Origin: Akkermansiaceae bacterium
GTDB lineage: Bacteria; Verrucomicrobiota; Verrucomicrobiia; Verrucomicrobiales; Akkermansiaceae
Direction: 5' to 3'
DNA length: 51,257 bases
NCBI GenBank assembly: GCA_025457625.1
Contig: JALOUA010000002.1
Coordinates: 1 to 51,257, forward strand
Shown piece by piece: positions 10,139-18,805 of the stretch. How positions within the stretch are numbered: the first letter of the stretch is position 1; each line of letters opens with the position of its first letter. The notes under the pieces are model-generated. The model was not told where the DNA came from, did not search any database, and saw only the letters and a program-made list of their open reading frames with translations. A program made the translations under genes and the position numbers.

Positions 10139-10636
10139 TCATTCGACGGGCATTCCGGCTTCTTTCCATGCGTCCCAGCCGCCGGAAAAGACACTGGCCG
10201 GGTAGCCAAAACCGGAGAGGTGCATGGCGACCGTCCGCGCGTCAGGACACAGCAGGCCGGTGCAATAGGTGACAAGGGTTTTACCCTCGGCGATCGCTTG
10301 CTTGATCTCCTCCTCGCGGCCGGCGATGGCGGGATCACAGTTTTTCGCGGGCAGGCTGATGGCGCCCGGGATGTGGCCGAACTGGTGGAAAATCGTCGGC
10401 CGGGCATCGATGACGAGGGTCTTGCCGGATTGGTGGAGCAGGAAGAAATCCTCGAGCGAGATGGAGGAAACCTTGCCCCGGTCATGCATGCGGACCGGCT
10501 TCTTGTAGGGTTTTTCCGCCGTTTGCCCCCCGCCGGAGGCCGGTTTGTGGGCCGGGGCCTCCGCGGGTTTGTCCGCGCAAGCGGTGAGAGCCAGCGCGAG
10601 AAGCGGAGAGGCGAGAATGGACCCGGGACGGCTCAC
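10139..10636 (-). CDS. Rhodanese-like domain lipoprotein
   Basis: GTG start overlaps the FKBP stop (GTGA). Lipobox LTA-C. Motifs VIDAR..F..GHIPGAISLP, YCTGLLC and FSGGWDAW. Confidence 0.85.
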   Translation of the reverse strand: MSRPGSILASPLLALALTACADKPAEAPAHKPASGGGQTAEKPYKKPVRMHDRGKVSSISLEDFFLLHQSGKTLVIDARPTIFHQFGHIPGAISLPAKNCDPAIAGREEEIKQAIAEGKTLVTYCTGLLCPDARTVAMHLSGFGYPASVFSGGWDAWKEAGMPVE

Positions 10637-11481
10637 TTGACGATTTCGAGGAGTTCGACGTCGAAGACCAGAGTGCCCACCGGCGCGCCGGGCGGCGGAT
10701 TCTCGCCGTATGCAAGTTTTCCAGGAATCCACAGCCGGCGCTTTTCGCCCTCGACCATGAGTTGCACGCCCTCGGTCCAACCGGGGATCACCCGGTCGAG
10801 CGGAAACACGATCGGCTCGCCGCGGAGCACCGAGCTGTCGAAGAGTTTGCCGTCGGTGGTCCAACCGGAGTAGTGGACTTTCACTTGGTCGGTGGCCTTG
10901 GGATGCGCGGTGCCGGTTCCCTTGGTGAGCACGCGGGAAGCGATGCCGGAAGCGGTTTTTTCCGCGCTTTCGGGGGCTTCCGCCACGTCTTCGGGGACTG
11001 GCGGGGGTTTGGGCGCGGCCTTGATGCCGAGCAACTCGACATCGAACACCAACAAGCCGCCGGGCCTGCCGCCGCCGGGGTTTTCGCCGTAAGCCAGATC
11101 CGCCGGGATCCAGAAGCGACGCTTCTCGCCCTCGACCATCAGTTGCAGACCCTCGGTCCAGCCCTTGATCACGCCGTTGAGCGGGAAACTCGCGGGCTGG
11201 CCGCGTTTCACCGAGCTGTCGAAGAGTTTGCCGTCGGTGGTCCAGCCGGAATAGTGCACGGTCACGGTGTCGGCGGCGGCGGGTTTGGTCTGGCCTTTGC
11301 CGGCTTGCAGCACTTTGGAAGCGAGGCCGGAGGAGGTCTTCTGGGCATCGGCAGGGGCGGCTGCGACGTCGGATGGTGTTTCAGGCATGACGGGTTCGGC
11401 GCGGACGGTGGTGGAGAGGGCAAATGCCAGCCCGGCCGCGTGCGGGACAGTGGATCGCAGGAATTTCGTGAGGAAATGCAT
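10633..11481 (-). CDS. FKBP-type peptidyl-prolyl cis-trans isomerase with two tandem FKBP domains
   Basis: Signal peptide MHFLTKFL. Two copies of VHYSGWTTDGKLFDSS...VI.GWTEG.QLMVEGEKRR.WIP..LAYG...LVFDVELL. Confidence 0.95.
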   Translation of the reverse strand: MHFLTKFLRSTVPHAAGLAFALSTTVRAEPVMPETPSDVAAAPADAQKTSSGLASKVLQAGKGQTKPAAADTVTVHYSGWTTDGKLFDSSVKRGQPASFPLNGVIKGWTEGLQLMVEGEKRRFWIPADLAYGENPGGGRPGGLLVFDVELLGIKAAPKPPPVPEDVAEAPESAEKTASGIASRVLTKGTGTAHPKATDQVKVHYSGWTTDGKLFDSSVLRGEPIVFPLDRVIPGWTEGVQLMVEGEKRRLWIPGKLAYGENPPPGAPVGTLVFDVELLEIVK

Positions 11482-11528
11482 CGCGGAACTGATGCCGAAT
11501 CCGCCGCGCCTGTCAATCCCCGTGTCCC

Positions 11529-11924
11529 TCAGTGCATTCTGGCGTGGCGGGGCTCCAGCAGGGTGGGCTCGCCGCAATACGGGCAGCGGAAACGACGCAT
11601 GAAGAGAAGCGATACCGCCACCCGCAGCCGGTGGCTGCCCAGCAGGGTTTTCGCGTTGCGGTGTTTCACGCAGCGCTTGTTGGCCAGCACCGGGGTCAGG
11701 CAAAGCGGGCAGTTCGCCCGGTTGGAGACCGACCATTGCAGCAGGACTGCCAGTCCCGCCAGCAGAAGCATGCCCAAGCCCAGAAAGGTGAGCCCCTGAT
11801 CATGGGTCGCTAACGAGTGGATCAAAACTCCGGCGGCGGCTGGTGTCAGCAGGCACTTCGCCAACAACAGCATCGCCGCGAGACGCATGCGGCGGATTGC
11901 GTGAACTGACGGCATTTTATGCAT
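11529..11924 (-). CDS. Small membrane protein with Zn-ribbon-like CxxC pairs
   Basis: Two hydrophobic helices followed by CPLC...C..H...CPYC. Start uncertain. Confidence 0.6.
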   Translation of the reverse strand: MHKMPSVHAIRRMRLAAMLLLAKCLLTPAAAGVLIHSLATHDQGLTFLGLGMLLLAGLAVLLQWSVSNRANCPLCLTPVLANKRCVKHRNAKTLLGSHRLRVAVSLLFMRRFRCPYCGEPTLLEPRHARMH

Positions 11925-12062
11925 GAAATTGCGGGCGGTCCGGGGCCAGCAGTCCATGTGCCATGGAACCCGTGAGTTGATAGCAAATGGATGGCATGAA
12001 GACCAGCCGACGTGCAATATCAAAAAAGATATAATATGAGTCGGCCCCTGAAGTCAGGCCGC

Positions 12063-13586
12063 TTATGGACGATGCCGCGCAGGGCTGGGCGGGTGTTTCG
12101 GGAGGCGCAGGGTGATGCGCAGGCCGCCGGATTCGGGCAGCGAGGCGACGACTTCGCCGCCGCAGGTTTCGATGGCGCTGCGGACGATGGCGAGGCCGAG
12201 GCCGCTGCCGCCGGTGTCGCGGCTGCGTGAGCGGTCCACTCGGTAAAACGGCTCGAAAATCCGCGGCAATTCATCAGCAGGCACTCCGGGGCCGTCGTCG
12301 GTGACGGATATCGAAACCGCATCCGCCGATTCCGTGGCGTGGATTTCGACATGCGGATGCGGACCGGCATGGATGGCCGCGTTGCGGATCAGGTTGCCGA
12401 TCGCCCGCGCGAGAAGCGCGGGATCCGTCCGGGCGGTGAGACCGTGCGCGATGGAAACGACGACATCCGCGTTGGCGGCCTCACGGGCGATGACTTCGCC
12501 AACCAGGGGTTCCAGCGCGGTTTCGCGCAGCGAGAGCGAACGGCTGCCGGCGCGGGAAAACGCGAGGATTTCATTCACCAGGGCGGCGAGTTCGGCGACA
12601 TCCGCCTCGATCGAGGCGAGTGCGGCGGGTTCCATTCCCGCGGATTTCATTTCGAGGATTCCGAGGCCGGTGCGGATGCGTGCGAGGGGCGCGCAAAGTT
12701 CGTGCGCGGCGTCGCCGAGAAAGCGTTTCTGGCCGGAGACGAGGTGGTCGAGTCTGGCGGCCATCGCCTCGATCGAGCGGCCGAGTTCGCCGAGTTCGTC
12801 GCCGCCGCGGTCGGGCAGCGCGACCTGGAAGCGCCCGGCGGCGATATCGCCCGTGGCCATCGTGAGGCGGCGCAGGTAGCGGCTGATGCTCCATACGAAG
12901 GGCGTCCAGAACGCCGCGCTCAAGAGAAGCACGGCGATGCCGCCCCAGAGCCAGGGTTTGAAATCGAAAAACATGCCGGAACCGTCCAGGCGCTCCGACC
13001 TCACCATCAACAGCACCGGCCGCGCGGGCGAGCCGCGTTGCGGCGGCAGGTGCAAGAGCACGCCGGCCCAGTAAGCGCCATCTCCGCCGCGCATCAGGAA
13101 TGCCGGCCGGCTTTTCCGGGGCATGGCGGTGCCCGCTTGCGGCATCTCCTCGCGCCGCGGCGGCGGCGGGTGGAAACCCGGCCCGGGCGGAGTGCGCGGA
13201 TGCATGTCCGGAGCCAGCCGCGGCGGTGGCGGCAAGGACGAGCGCGCACGCTCGACCACATCCGGCGGGATCATGACGGGAAAATCCGCATCACCGGGCG
13301 CATCGAGCACCGCGGCAGTCACGCCGCGTTCCCTCGCCAGGAGTGTTAGAGCGTCGTTCCACTCATCGGGCCGCTTCTCCGCGATGCGTGAAAACGCCTC
13401 GTCGCCGAACGCCGCGAGCCGCTCGCCTGCCGCACCGCTGAGAAGCGAGTCGAGCCCGAGTCCCAACTGCCAGCGCATGAAGATCAGGAACGCCAGCGCG
13501 AGAATCACAAGGTGCAGGAACAACCATGCCAGCACCCTCGCAAACAACGGAAAGCGGGGGCGTGGTTGGATGATCAAGCGTGTCAT
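12063..13586 (-). CDS. HAMP-domain sensor histidine kinase (CpxA-like)
   Basis: Two TM segments, Pro-rich periplasmic region, HAMP (DELGELG), H-box AAHELCAPLARI, N-box NLIRNA, DDGPG, IFEPFYRVD and GGSGLGLAI. Confidence 0.95.
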   Translation of the reverse strand: MTRLIIQPRPRFPLFARVLAWLFLHLVILALAFLIFMRWQLGLGLDSLLSGAAGERLAAFGDEAFSRIAEKRPDEWNDALTLLARERGVTAAVLDAPGDADFPVMIPPDVVERARSSLPPPPRLAPDMHPRTPPGPGFHPPPPRREEMPQAGTAMPRKSRPAFLMRGGDGAYWAGVLLHLPPQRGSPARPVLLMVRSERLDGSGMFFDFKPWLWGGIAVLLLSAAFWTPFVWSISRYLRRLTMATGDIAAGRFQVALPDRGGDELGELGRSIEAMAARLDHLVSGQKRFLGDAAHELCAPLARIRTGLGILEMKSAGMEPAALASIEADVAELAALVNEILAFSRAGSRSLSLRETALEPLVGEVIAREAANADVVVSIAHGLTARTDPALLARAIGNLIRNAAIHAGPHPHVEIHATESADAVSISVTDDGPGVPADELPRIFEPFYRVDRSRSRDTGGSGLGLAIVRSAIETCGGEVVASLPESGGLRITLRLPKHPPSPARHRP

Positions 13587-13605
13587 GGCCGGATTCATTC
13601 GCCTT

Positions 13606-14346
13606 TCAATCGCCGGACCGTTGCGGAGAACGGGCATTGCCGTTTTCCGGTTCCCTCAGCGAGTAGCCGATGCCGCGGATGGTGTGGATGAAACGCGGGT
13701 TTTTCGCGTCGTCGCCGAGTTTCCGGCGCAGCGATGAGACGTGCACATCGATCGAGCGGTCGAACACGTCGAAGCGCCGCGCCGAAACCTCCTCGATCAG
13801 GCGCTCGCGGGTCTTGACCCGGCCGCGCGACTTGAGCAGTGAGGCGAGGATGGCGAACTCGAGGGTTGTCAGGTCGAGCGGCGTGTCGTCGAGCACCGCG
13901 GTGTGCGTTTCCTCGCACAGGCGCAGCGGCCCCGCGACCAGTTCCGGCGGCGATTCGTCATTGCCGCGCGACCGGTTGCGACGGGTGACCGCGCGCAGGC
14001 GGGCCAGCAACTCGCGCGAGGAAAACGTCTTCGGCAGATAATCGTCGGCACCGACTTCCAAGCCCACGATGCGGTCGGCCTCCTCACCCAGCGCGGTGAG
14101 CATGAGCACCGGCACGTCGGACTGCTTGCGCAGCTCGCGCAAGACCGCGAAGCCGTCCATGCCGGGCATCATCACATCGAGGATGACCGCTTCGTAGGAA
14201 CCCGCGAGCGCCTCGGCCAAGCCGTCAGGCCCGTTGTGCCGCAGCTCGATCCCGTAGCCCATCGGCGCGAGGTAATCGCGGATCAGGCCCGCGAGCTTGC
14301 GGTCATCGTCCACGATCAGGAGTCTTGGTTTGGCGGGGTTTTCCAT
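13606..14346 (-). CDS. OmpR/CpxR-family response regulator
   Basis: IVDDD, ILDVMMPGMDG, GADDYLPK and winged-helix DRSIDVHVSSLRRKL...IHTIRGIGY. Confidence 0.96.
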   Translation of the reverse strand: MENPAKPRLLIVDDDRKLAGLIRDYLAPMGYGIELRHNGPDGLAEALAGSYEAVILDVMMPGMDGFAVLRELRKQSDVPVLMLTALGEEADRIVGLEVGADDYLPKTFSSRELLARLRAVTRRNRSRGNDESPPELVAGPLRLCEETHTAVLDDTPLDLTTLEFAILASLLKSRGRVKTRERLIEEVSARRFDVFDRSIDVHVSSLRRKLGDDAKNPRFIHTIRGIGYSLREPENGNARSPQRSGD

Positions 14347-14392
14347 CGACGGATGCGTTCATAACAGGTTCTCCGCGAGCGCGCCCACAGGT

Positions 14393-14442
14393 TTTACAAA
14401 ATCTTCACAATTTTGCGGCTGGGCCGAAACACGGAGTTCACA
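14393..14442 (+). promoter_or_regulatory. Putative response-regulator binding region, copy 1 (TTYACA direct repeats, 11-bp period)
   Basis: TTTACA-N5-TTCACA...AAACACGGAGTTCACA. 39/50 identical to 16712-16761. Lies between the divergent regulator and the EF-hand gene. Confidence 0.65.
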
Positions 14443-14506
14443 ATCGGCGGGTTGAATCATCACGGCTTCCGCAACAGGAGGCCTGAACCAACCAACCGAT
14501 GAAACC

Positions 14507-14992
14507 ATGAAAACGACCCCCATTCATCTCAGCATCGCCCTGCTGGCCGGCATCGCCAACGCGCAGCAGCCGCAACAGCCCGGAGGCCACCACCCGCCGC
14601 CACCGGTTCCGCCGATTCTCGCGATCTTCGACGGCGACCGCGACGGGGTCATTTCCGGGGACGAAATCGACGGCGCGTCCGACGCGCTCGCCAAACTCGA
14701 CCGCAACAATGACGGCCAAATCACCCGCGAGGAACTGATGCCACCGCGACCGGAAGGCGCGAATGGGCCCGAGGGCGGCAAAGCGCCCGGCCCGCCGCCG
14801 GGGCGCCGTCCGCCGCCACCGCCGCCCGTGATCGCGGCGCTCGATGCCAACCGTGATGGCAAGCTCTCGGCGGACGAACTCAAGGACGCGGCCGATGCCT
14901 TGCTCGAACTCGACAAGAACGGCGATGGAGAACTTTCGCCGCAGGAACTCCATCCCCACGGGCCGCCGCCGCCGGATGGCGAACCCGAATGA
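14507..14992 (+). CDS. Secreted Pro-rich EF-hand (Ca-binding) protein
   Basis: Signal peptide. Four EF loops: [36 protein letters not shown] and [12 protein letters not shown]. Confidence 0.9.
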   Translation: MKTTPIHLSIALLAGIANAQQPQQPGGHHPPPPVPPILAIFDGDRDGVISGDEIDGASDALAKLDRNNDGQITREELMPPRPEGANGPEGGKAPGPPPGRRPPPPPPVIAALDANRDGKLSADELKDAADALLELDKNGDGELSPQELHPHGPPPPDGEPE

Positions 14993-15003
14993 GACCTGCC
15001 TCC

Positions 15004-15035
15004 TTCCGCTCCGGTCTTGGAGGGCCGGAGCGGAA
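15004..15035 (+). terminator. GC-rich stem-loop after the EF-hand gene (terminator or mRNA stabiliser)
   Basis: TTCCGCTCCGG-N10-CCGGAGCGGAA, with no clear U-tract. Confidence 0.45.
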
Positions 15036-15152
15036 TGGTTTCACAGCCGTTCCCAACCTCGCCATGCGTGCGGGAACAATCCTTCATCCCCCGGCGCGGA
15101 CGAGATCGCGCTTGTCGCAATGCCAAAGACCCTTACCGGGCAAGCCCCAGCC

Positions 15153-16670
15153 ATGAAACGCATCGCCCTTGTCCTGATGGCGCTGGTCCTCACCGCCCGC
15201 GCCGGAAACAACGTGCTGCTGATCATCGCCGATGATCTCGGTACCGACAGCCAGTCGCTCTACAACACCGCCGCCGGGGCCACCGCGCCCACCCCCAACA
15301 TCAACGCCCTGGCGGCCGGCGGCGTGCGTTTCACCAACGCCCATGCAACGCCCGTTTGCTCGCCGACGCGCGCCTGCATCATCACCGGGCGCTTCGGTTT
15401 CCGCACCGGCGTCGGCGATGTGGTCAGCGTCCTCTCGGGAAACTCGTTGTCATCCTCGGAACTCACGCTGCCGGAAGCCATCACCCGCAACAGCAGCCTC
15501 GGCATCCAGAGCGCATGCTTCGGGAAATGGCACCTCAACGCCGGCGGCCCCATCGTCACCGCCAACGGACCTAACAACATCGGGGGATGGGCTCACTACG
15601 CGGGCTGCACCGCCGGCGCGCTGGCCTCCTATACGAACTGGCAGAAAACCGTCAACGGCACCACCTCCACCGTGACGACCTACGCCACCACGGATGTTGT
15701 CAACGACGCGGTGGCATGGATCAACGCCCGCACCGCCGCGAGCCAGCAGTGGTTGGCGTGGGTCGCCTTCAACGCGCCGCACACGCCATTCCATGTGCCG
15801 CCGGCGGATCTCCACAGCTACGGCGCCAACCCCGCCACCAACCTGCTCAAATTCCGCGCCGCCGTCGAAGCCATGGACAGGGAAATCGGCCGCCTTCTCC
15901 AGTCGGTTGACGACACCACCACCGACATCATTTTCATTGGCGACAACGGCACGCCCGGCCAGGTGATCCAGGCACCCTACGACGCCGCCCATTCCAAGGG
16001 CACGCTTTACGAAGGCGGCATCCGCGTGCCCCTGATCATCAAGGGACCGAGCGTCGCCTCCGGCGGACGCACCAGCGACGCGCTCGTCCATGCCGTCGAT
16101 CTCTTCAGCACCATGCTTGAAATGGCCGGCGTGCCGCTGCCCACGGATGTCACGCTCGACTCGACGAGCCTGATGCCCGTGCTGGCCAACCCAAGCGACG
16201 GCCCGCGCACCAGGATCTACAGCGACCAATTCGACCAAACCAGCGCAACGGCCGGCGGGCGCATCCTGCGCGACGACCGCTACAAGCTGATCCGCTTCAA
16301 CACCGGGACGGACGAGTTTTACGATCTTTCAACCGATCCGGCGGAAACCACCAATCTTCTCGCCGGCGGCATCGCGGCCATGAGCGCCACGCATCAGGCA
16401 TACTACCACCGCCTCCGCTTCAACTTCGGGGCCTACAACACCGATATGCCCGCGGCCCCGCTCGGTTACGGTTCCGGATCTAACGGATTTTTCGTCATCG
16501 TGCCGGAAAACCCCGCCGCCAGCCAGGCGATGTGGCAGAGCGCGGATCTCGATTTCTGGTCACCCGTGACCGGCGCCACTCGCCAAAGCAGCGGCGGGAA
16601 CCTCACCTTCACCGCGCCCGCGCCGCTGCCGGACAAGGCGTTTTACAGCATCCTCTCGGAGATACCGTGA
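15153..16670 (+). CDS. Secreted formylglycine-dependent sulfatase with extra C-terminal domain
   Basis: Signal MKRIALVLMALVLTARA. Motifs NVLLIIADDLG, CSPTRA, GKWHL, FNAPHTP, GDNG and KGTLYEGGIRVPLII. Confidence 0.92.
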   Translation: MKRIALVLMALVLTARAGNNVLLIIADDLGTDSQSLYNTAAGATAPTPNINALAAGGVRFTNAHATPVCSPTRACIITGRFGFRTGVGDVVSVLSGNSLSSSELTLPEAITRNSSLGIQSACFGKWHLNAGGPIVTANGPNNIGGWAHYAGCTAGALASYTNWQKTVNGTTSTVTTYATTDVVNDAVAWINARTAASQQWLAWVAFNAPHTPFHVPPADLHSYGANPATNLLKFRAAVEAMDREIGRLLQSVDDTTTDIIFIGDNGTPGQVIQAPYDAAHSKGTLYEGGIRVPLIIKGPSVASGGRTSDALVHAVDLFSTMLEMAGVPLPTDVTLDSTSLMPVLANPSDGPRTRIYSDQFDQTSATAGGRILRDDRYKLIRFNTGTDEFYDLSTDPAETTNLLAGGIAAMSATHQAYYHRLRFNFGAYNTDMPAAPLGYGSGSNGFFVIVPENPAASQAMWQSADLDFWSPVTGATRQSSGGNLTFTAPAPLPDKAFYSILSEIP

Positions 16671-16711
16671 GTCTTTTCGGACTGCGGCGATTTCCGCCGC
16701 AGCCGACGGAT

Positions 16712-16761
16712 TTCACACTTCCTTTACAATTTTGCGGGTCGATCGAAACACGGAATTCACA
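16712..16761 (+). promoter_or_regulatory. Putative response-regulator binding region, copy 2
   Basis: TTCACA-N5-TTTACA...AAACACGGAATTCACA, homologous to 14393-14442. Confidence 0.65.
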
Positions 16762-16817
16762 GTCATCGCCCTGCATTGAAACATCCTCCATACGCGGAGG
16801 CCCGAACCACCCAACCG

Positions 16818-18191
16818 ATGAAAACCATGAAAACCCTTCGCCTCAACATTGCTTTAATGGCTTTTGCCTGTTCGTCCGTCCTTGCCGGCGACGGAGTCCT
16901 CGATCTGACCCGGCCCGCCAACTACGCGAACCAACCGGTCCCCGCCTACATCGGCAGGGACAACACCACCGCCGGCAATGCCATCACCGATCAAGGCGCC
17001 ACCCTCGGCCGCGTGTTGTTTCACGACCGCCGCCTCTCGCGCAACGACACGGTTTCCTGCTCCTCCTGCCACGTCCAGTCGCACGCCTTCGGCGACGCGC
17101 CTGTCGCGAGCAGCGGTGTCAACGGCACCACCGGCCGCCACTCGATGCGCCTGATCAACGCCCGTTTCGCCAACGAAGTGCGCTTTTTCTGGGACGAGCG
17201 CGCCACCACGCTGGAAAACCAAACGACCCAGCCGGTGAAGGACCACGTCGAAATGGGATTCAGCGGCAGCGGCGGCGATCCGGCTTTTGCGGATCTTGTC
17301 GCCAAACTCTCCGCCATCGATGAATACCGCGTGCTGTTCGCCATGACTTATGGCGATGCGGCGATCACGGAGACACGCGTGCAGCGGGCGCTCGCGCAGT
17401 TTGTCCGCAGCATCCAGTCGTTTGATTCGAAATATGACATCGGCCGCGCGCAAGTCGCCGGGGATGCCGTGAATTTCCCGAACTTCACGCCGCAGGAAAA
17501 CGCCGGCAAACAACTCTTCCTCAATCCGCCACCGCCGCCCGGCGGTGGTCCCGCCGGCGCCGGCTGCGCCGGTTGCCACGCGCCGCCCGAGTTCGCCATC
17601 GCTCCCAACAGTCTGAACAACGGTGTCATCACCCGGATCGGCGGCGGCACGGACCTCACCAACACCCGCTCGCCGAGCCTGCGCGACCTGTTAGGCCCGG
17701 ACGGGCAGACGAACGGACCGTTCATGCACGATGGCGGTTTCACGACGCTGGCCCAGGTGATCAACCACTACAACCTCATCCCCGGCGACAACGCCAACCT
17801 CGACAACCGCCTGCGACGACCCGGCGGCGTGCAGAGCCTCAACCTCACCCAACAGCAGAAAAACGACCTCGCCGCATTCCTCGCCACCCTCACCGGCAGC
17901 GCGGTCTACACCGATGCAAAATGGTCCGATCCCTTCGACGCGGAGAACCGGCTGTCGCTCATCGTGCTGCCCGCGGATTCCGTGCGGATCACCGATCACG
18001 GCAATGGAACCGCCACCGTCTCATGCGCCGCCGTGCCCGGCATGAGCTACCGGCTCGAATCCTGCACCAACCTCAAGTCATGGTCCACGCTGGCCACGGT
18101 CACGGCCGGGCAGGATGGTTTCTGCCAGCACCTTGTCGCGGTCTCCGACACCACCTTCTACCGCTACGCCTACGAGCCGCCGGCACCGTGA
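16818..18191 (+). CDS. Di-heme cytochrome c peroxidase / MauG-family protein with C-terminal extension
   Basis: LGRVLFHDRRLS...SCSSCH, FFWDERA..LE.Q...P....EMG, CAGCH, PSLR and PFMHDG. Signal peptide. Alternative start at 16827. Confidence 0.9.
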   Translation: MKTMKTLRLNIALMAFACSSVLAGDGVLDLTRPANYANQPVPAYIGRDNTTAGNAITDQGATLGRVLFHDRRLSRNDTVSCSSCHVQSHAFGDAPVASSGVNGTTGRHSMRLINARFANEVRFFWDERATTLENQTTQPVKDHVEMGFSGSGGDPAFADLVAKLSAIDEYRVLFAMTYGDAAITETRVQRALAQFVRSIQSFDSKYDIGRAQVAGDAVNFPNFTPQENAGKQLFLNPPPPPGGGPAGAGCAGCHAPPEFAIAPNSLNNGVITRIGGGTDLTNTRSPSLRDLLGPDGQTNGPFMHDGGFTTLAQVINHYNLIPGDNANLDNRLRRPGGVQSLNLTQQQKNDLAAFLATLTGSAVYTDAKWSDPFDAENRLSLIVLPADSVRITDHGNGTATVSCAAVPGMSYRLESCTNLKSWSTLATVTAGQDGFCQHLVAVSDTTFYRYAYEPPAP

Positions 18192-18248
18192 GCATCCGGG
18201 ACGCCGCGCGATGCTTGCCGAGGGGAAACGCTTCGTTTAGCTTCGCGC

Positions 18249-18761
18249 ATGGCCATCGAGAATTTCGCGCAATATTCACCACAGATCGATCCGAGCGCGT
18301 TTGTCGCCGCCAGCGCCGACGTGATCGGCCGCGTCACGCTGCATGAGGAAACCAGCATCTGGTATCACGCCACCCTGCGTGGCGACATCAACGAGATCGT
18401 CATCGGCCCGCGTTCCAACATCCAGGACAACGCCGTCATTCATCTGGCGGATGACTACGGCTGTTATGTCGGCGAATTGGTGACCGTCGGCCACTCGGCG
18501 ATCCTCCATGCCTGCACCGTGAAGGACGAGGTGCTGGTGGGCATGGGCGCGATTGTCCTCGATGGAGCCGTCATCGGAGAACGTTCGATCATCGGTGCCG
18601 GCGCGCTGGTGACCGGTGGCACCGTCATCCCGCCCGGCTCGCTCGTGCTGGGTTCGCCCGCCAGGGTCGTGCGCACGCTCTCGTCCGAGGAGCAGTCAAA
18701 GGTAAGGTATTGGGCGGAGAAATATGTGAAAGGCTCTCGCAAATACATGGGACGTCCGTAG
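18249..18761 (+). CDS. Gamma carbonic anhydrase family protein (YrdA-like)
   Basis: Hexapeptide repeats, with LRGD...IG..SNIQDN..IH, TVGHSAILHAC and LVGMGA motifs. Confidence 0.93.
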   Translation: MAIENFAQYSPQIDPSAFVAASADVIGRVTLHEETSIWYHATLRGDINEIVIGPRSNIQDNAVIHLADDYGCYVGELVTVGHSAILHACTVKDEVLVGMGAIVLDGAVIGERSIIGAGALVTGGTVIPPGSLVLGSPARVVRTLSSEEQSKVRYWAEKYVKGSRKYMGRP

Positions 18762-18805
18762 CATCGGCCGGGTTTGAGAAAAAAAACAGCCAACACATCC
18801 ACATC

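Noticed and set aside
14844-15152. Long N-terminal extensions in the ORF track (also for nnrS, ppnP, FKBP, actF, 31969, 43718, 46646)
   Set aside because: They overlap upstream genes or intergenic DNA. Downstream starts give proper signal peptides or family-typical N-termini.
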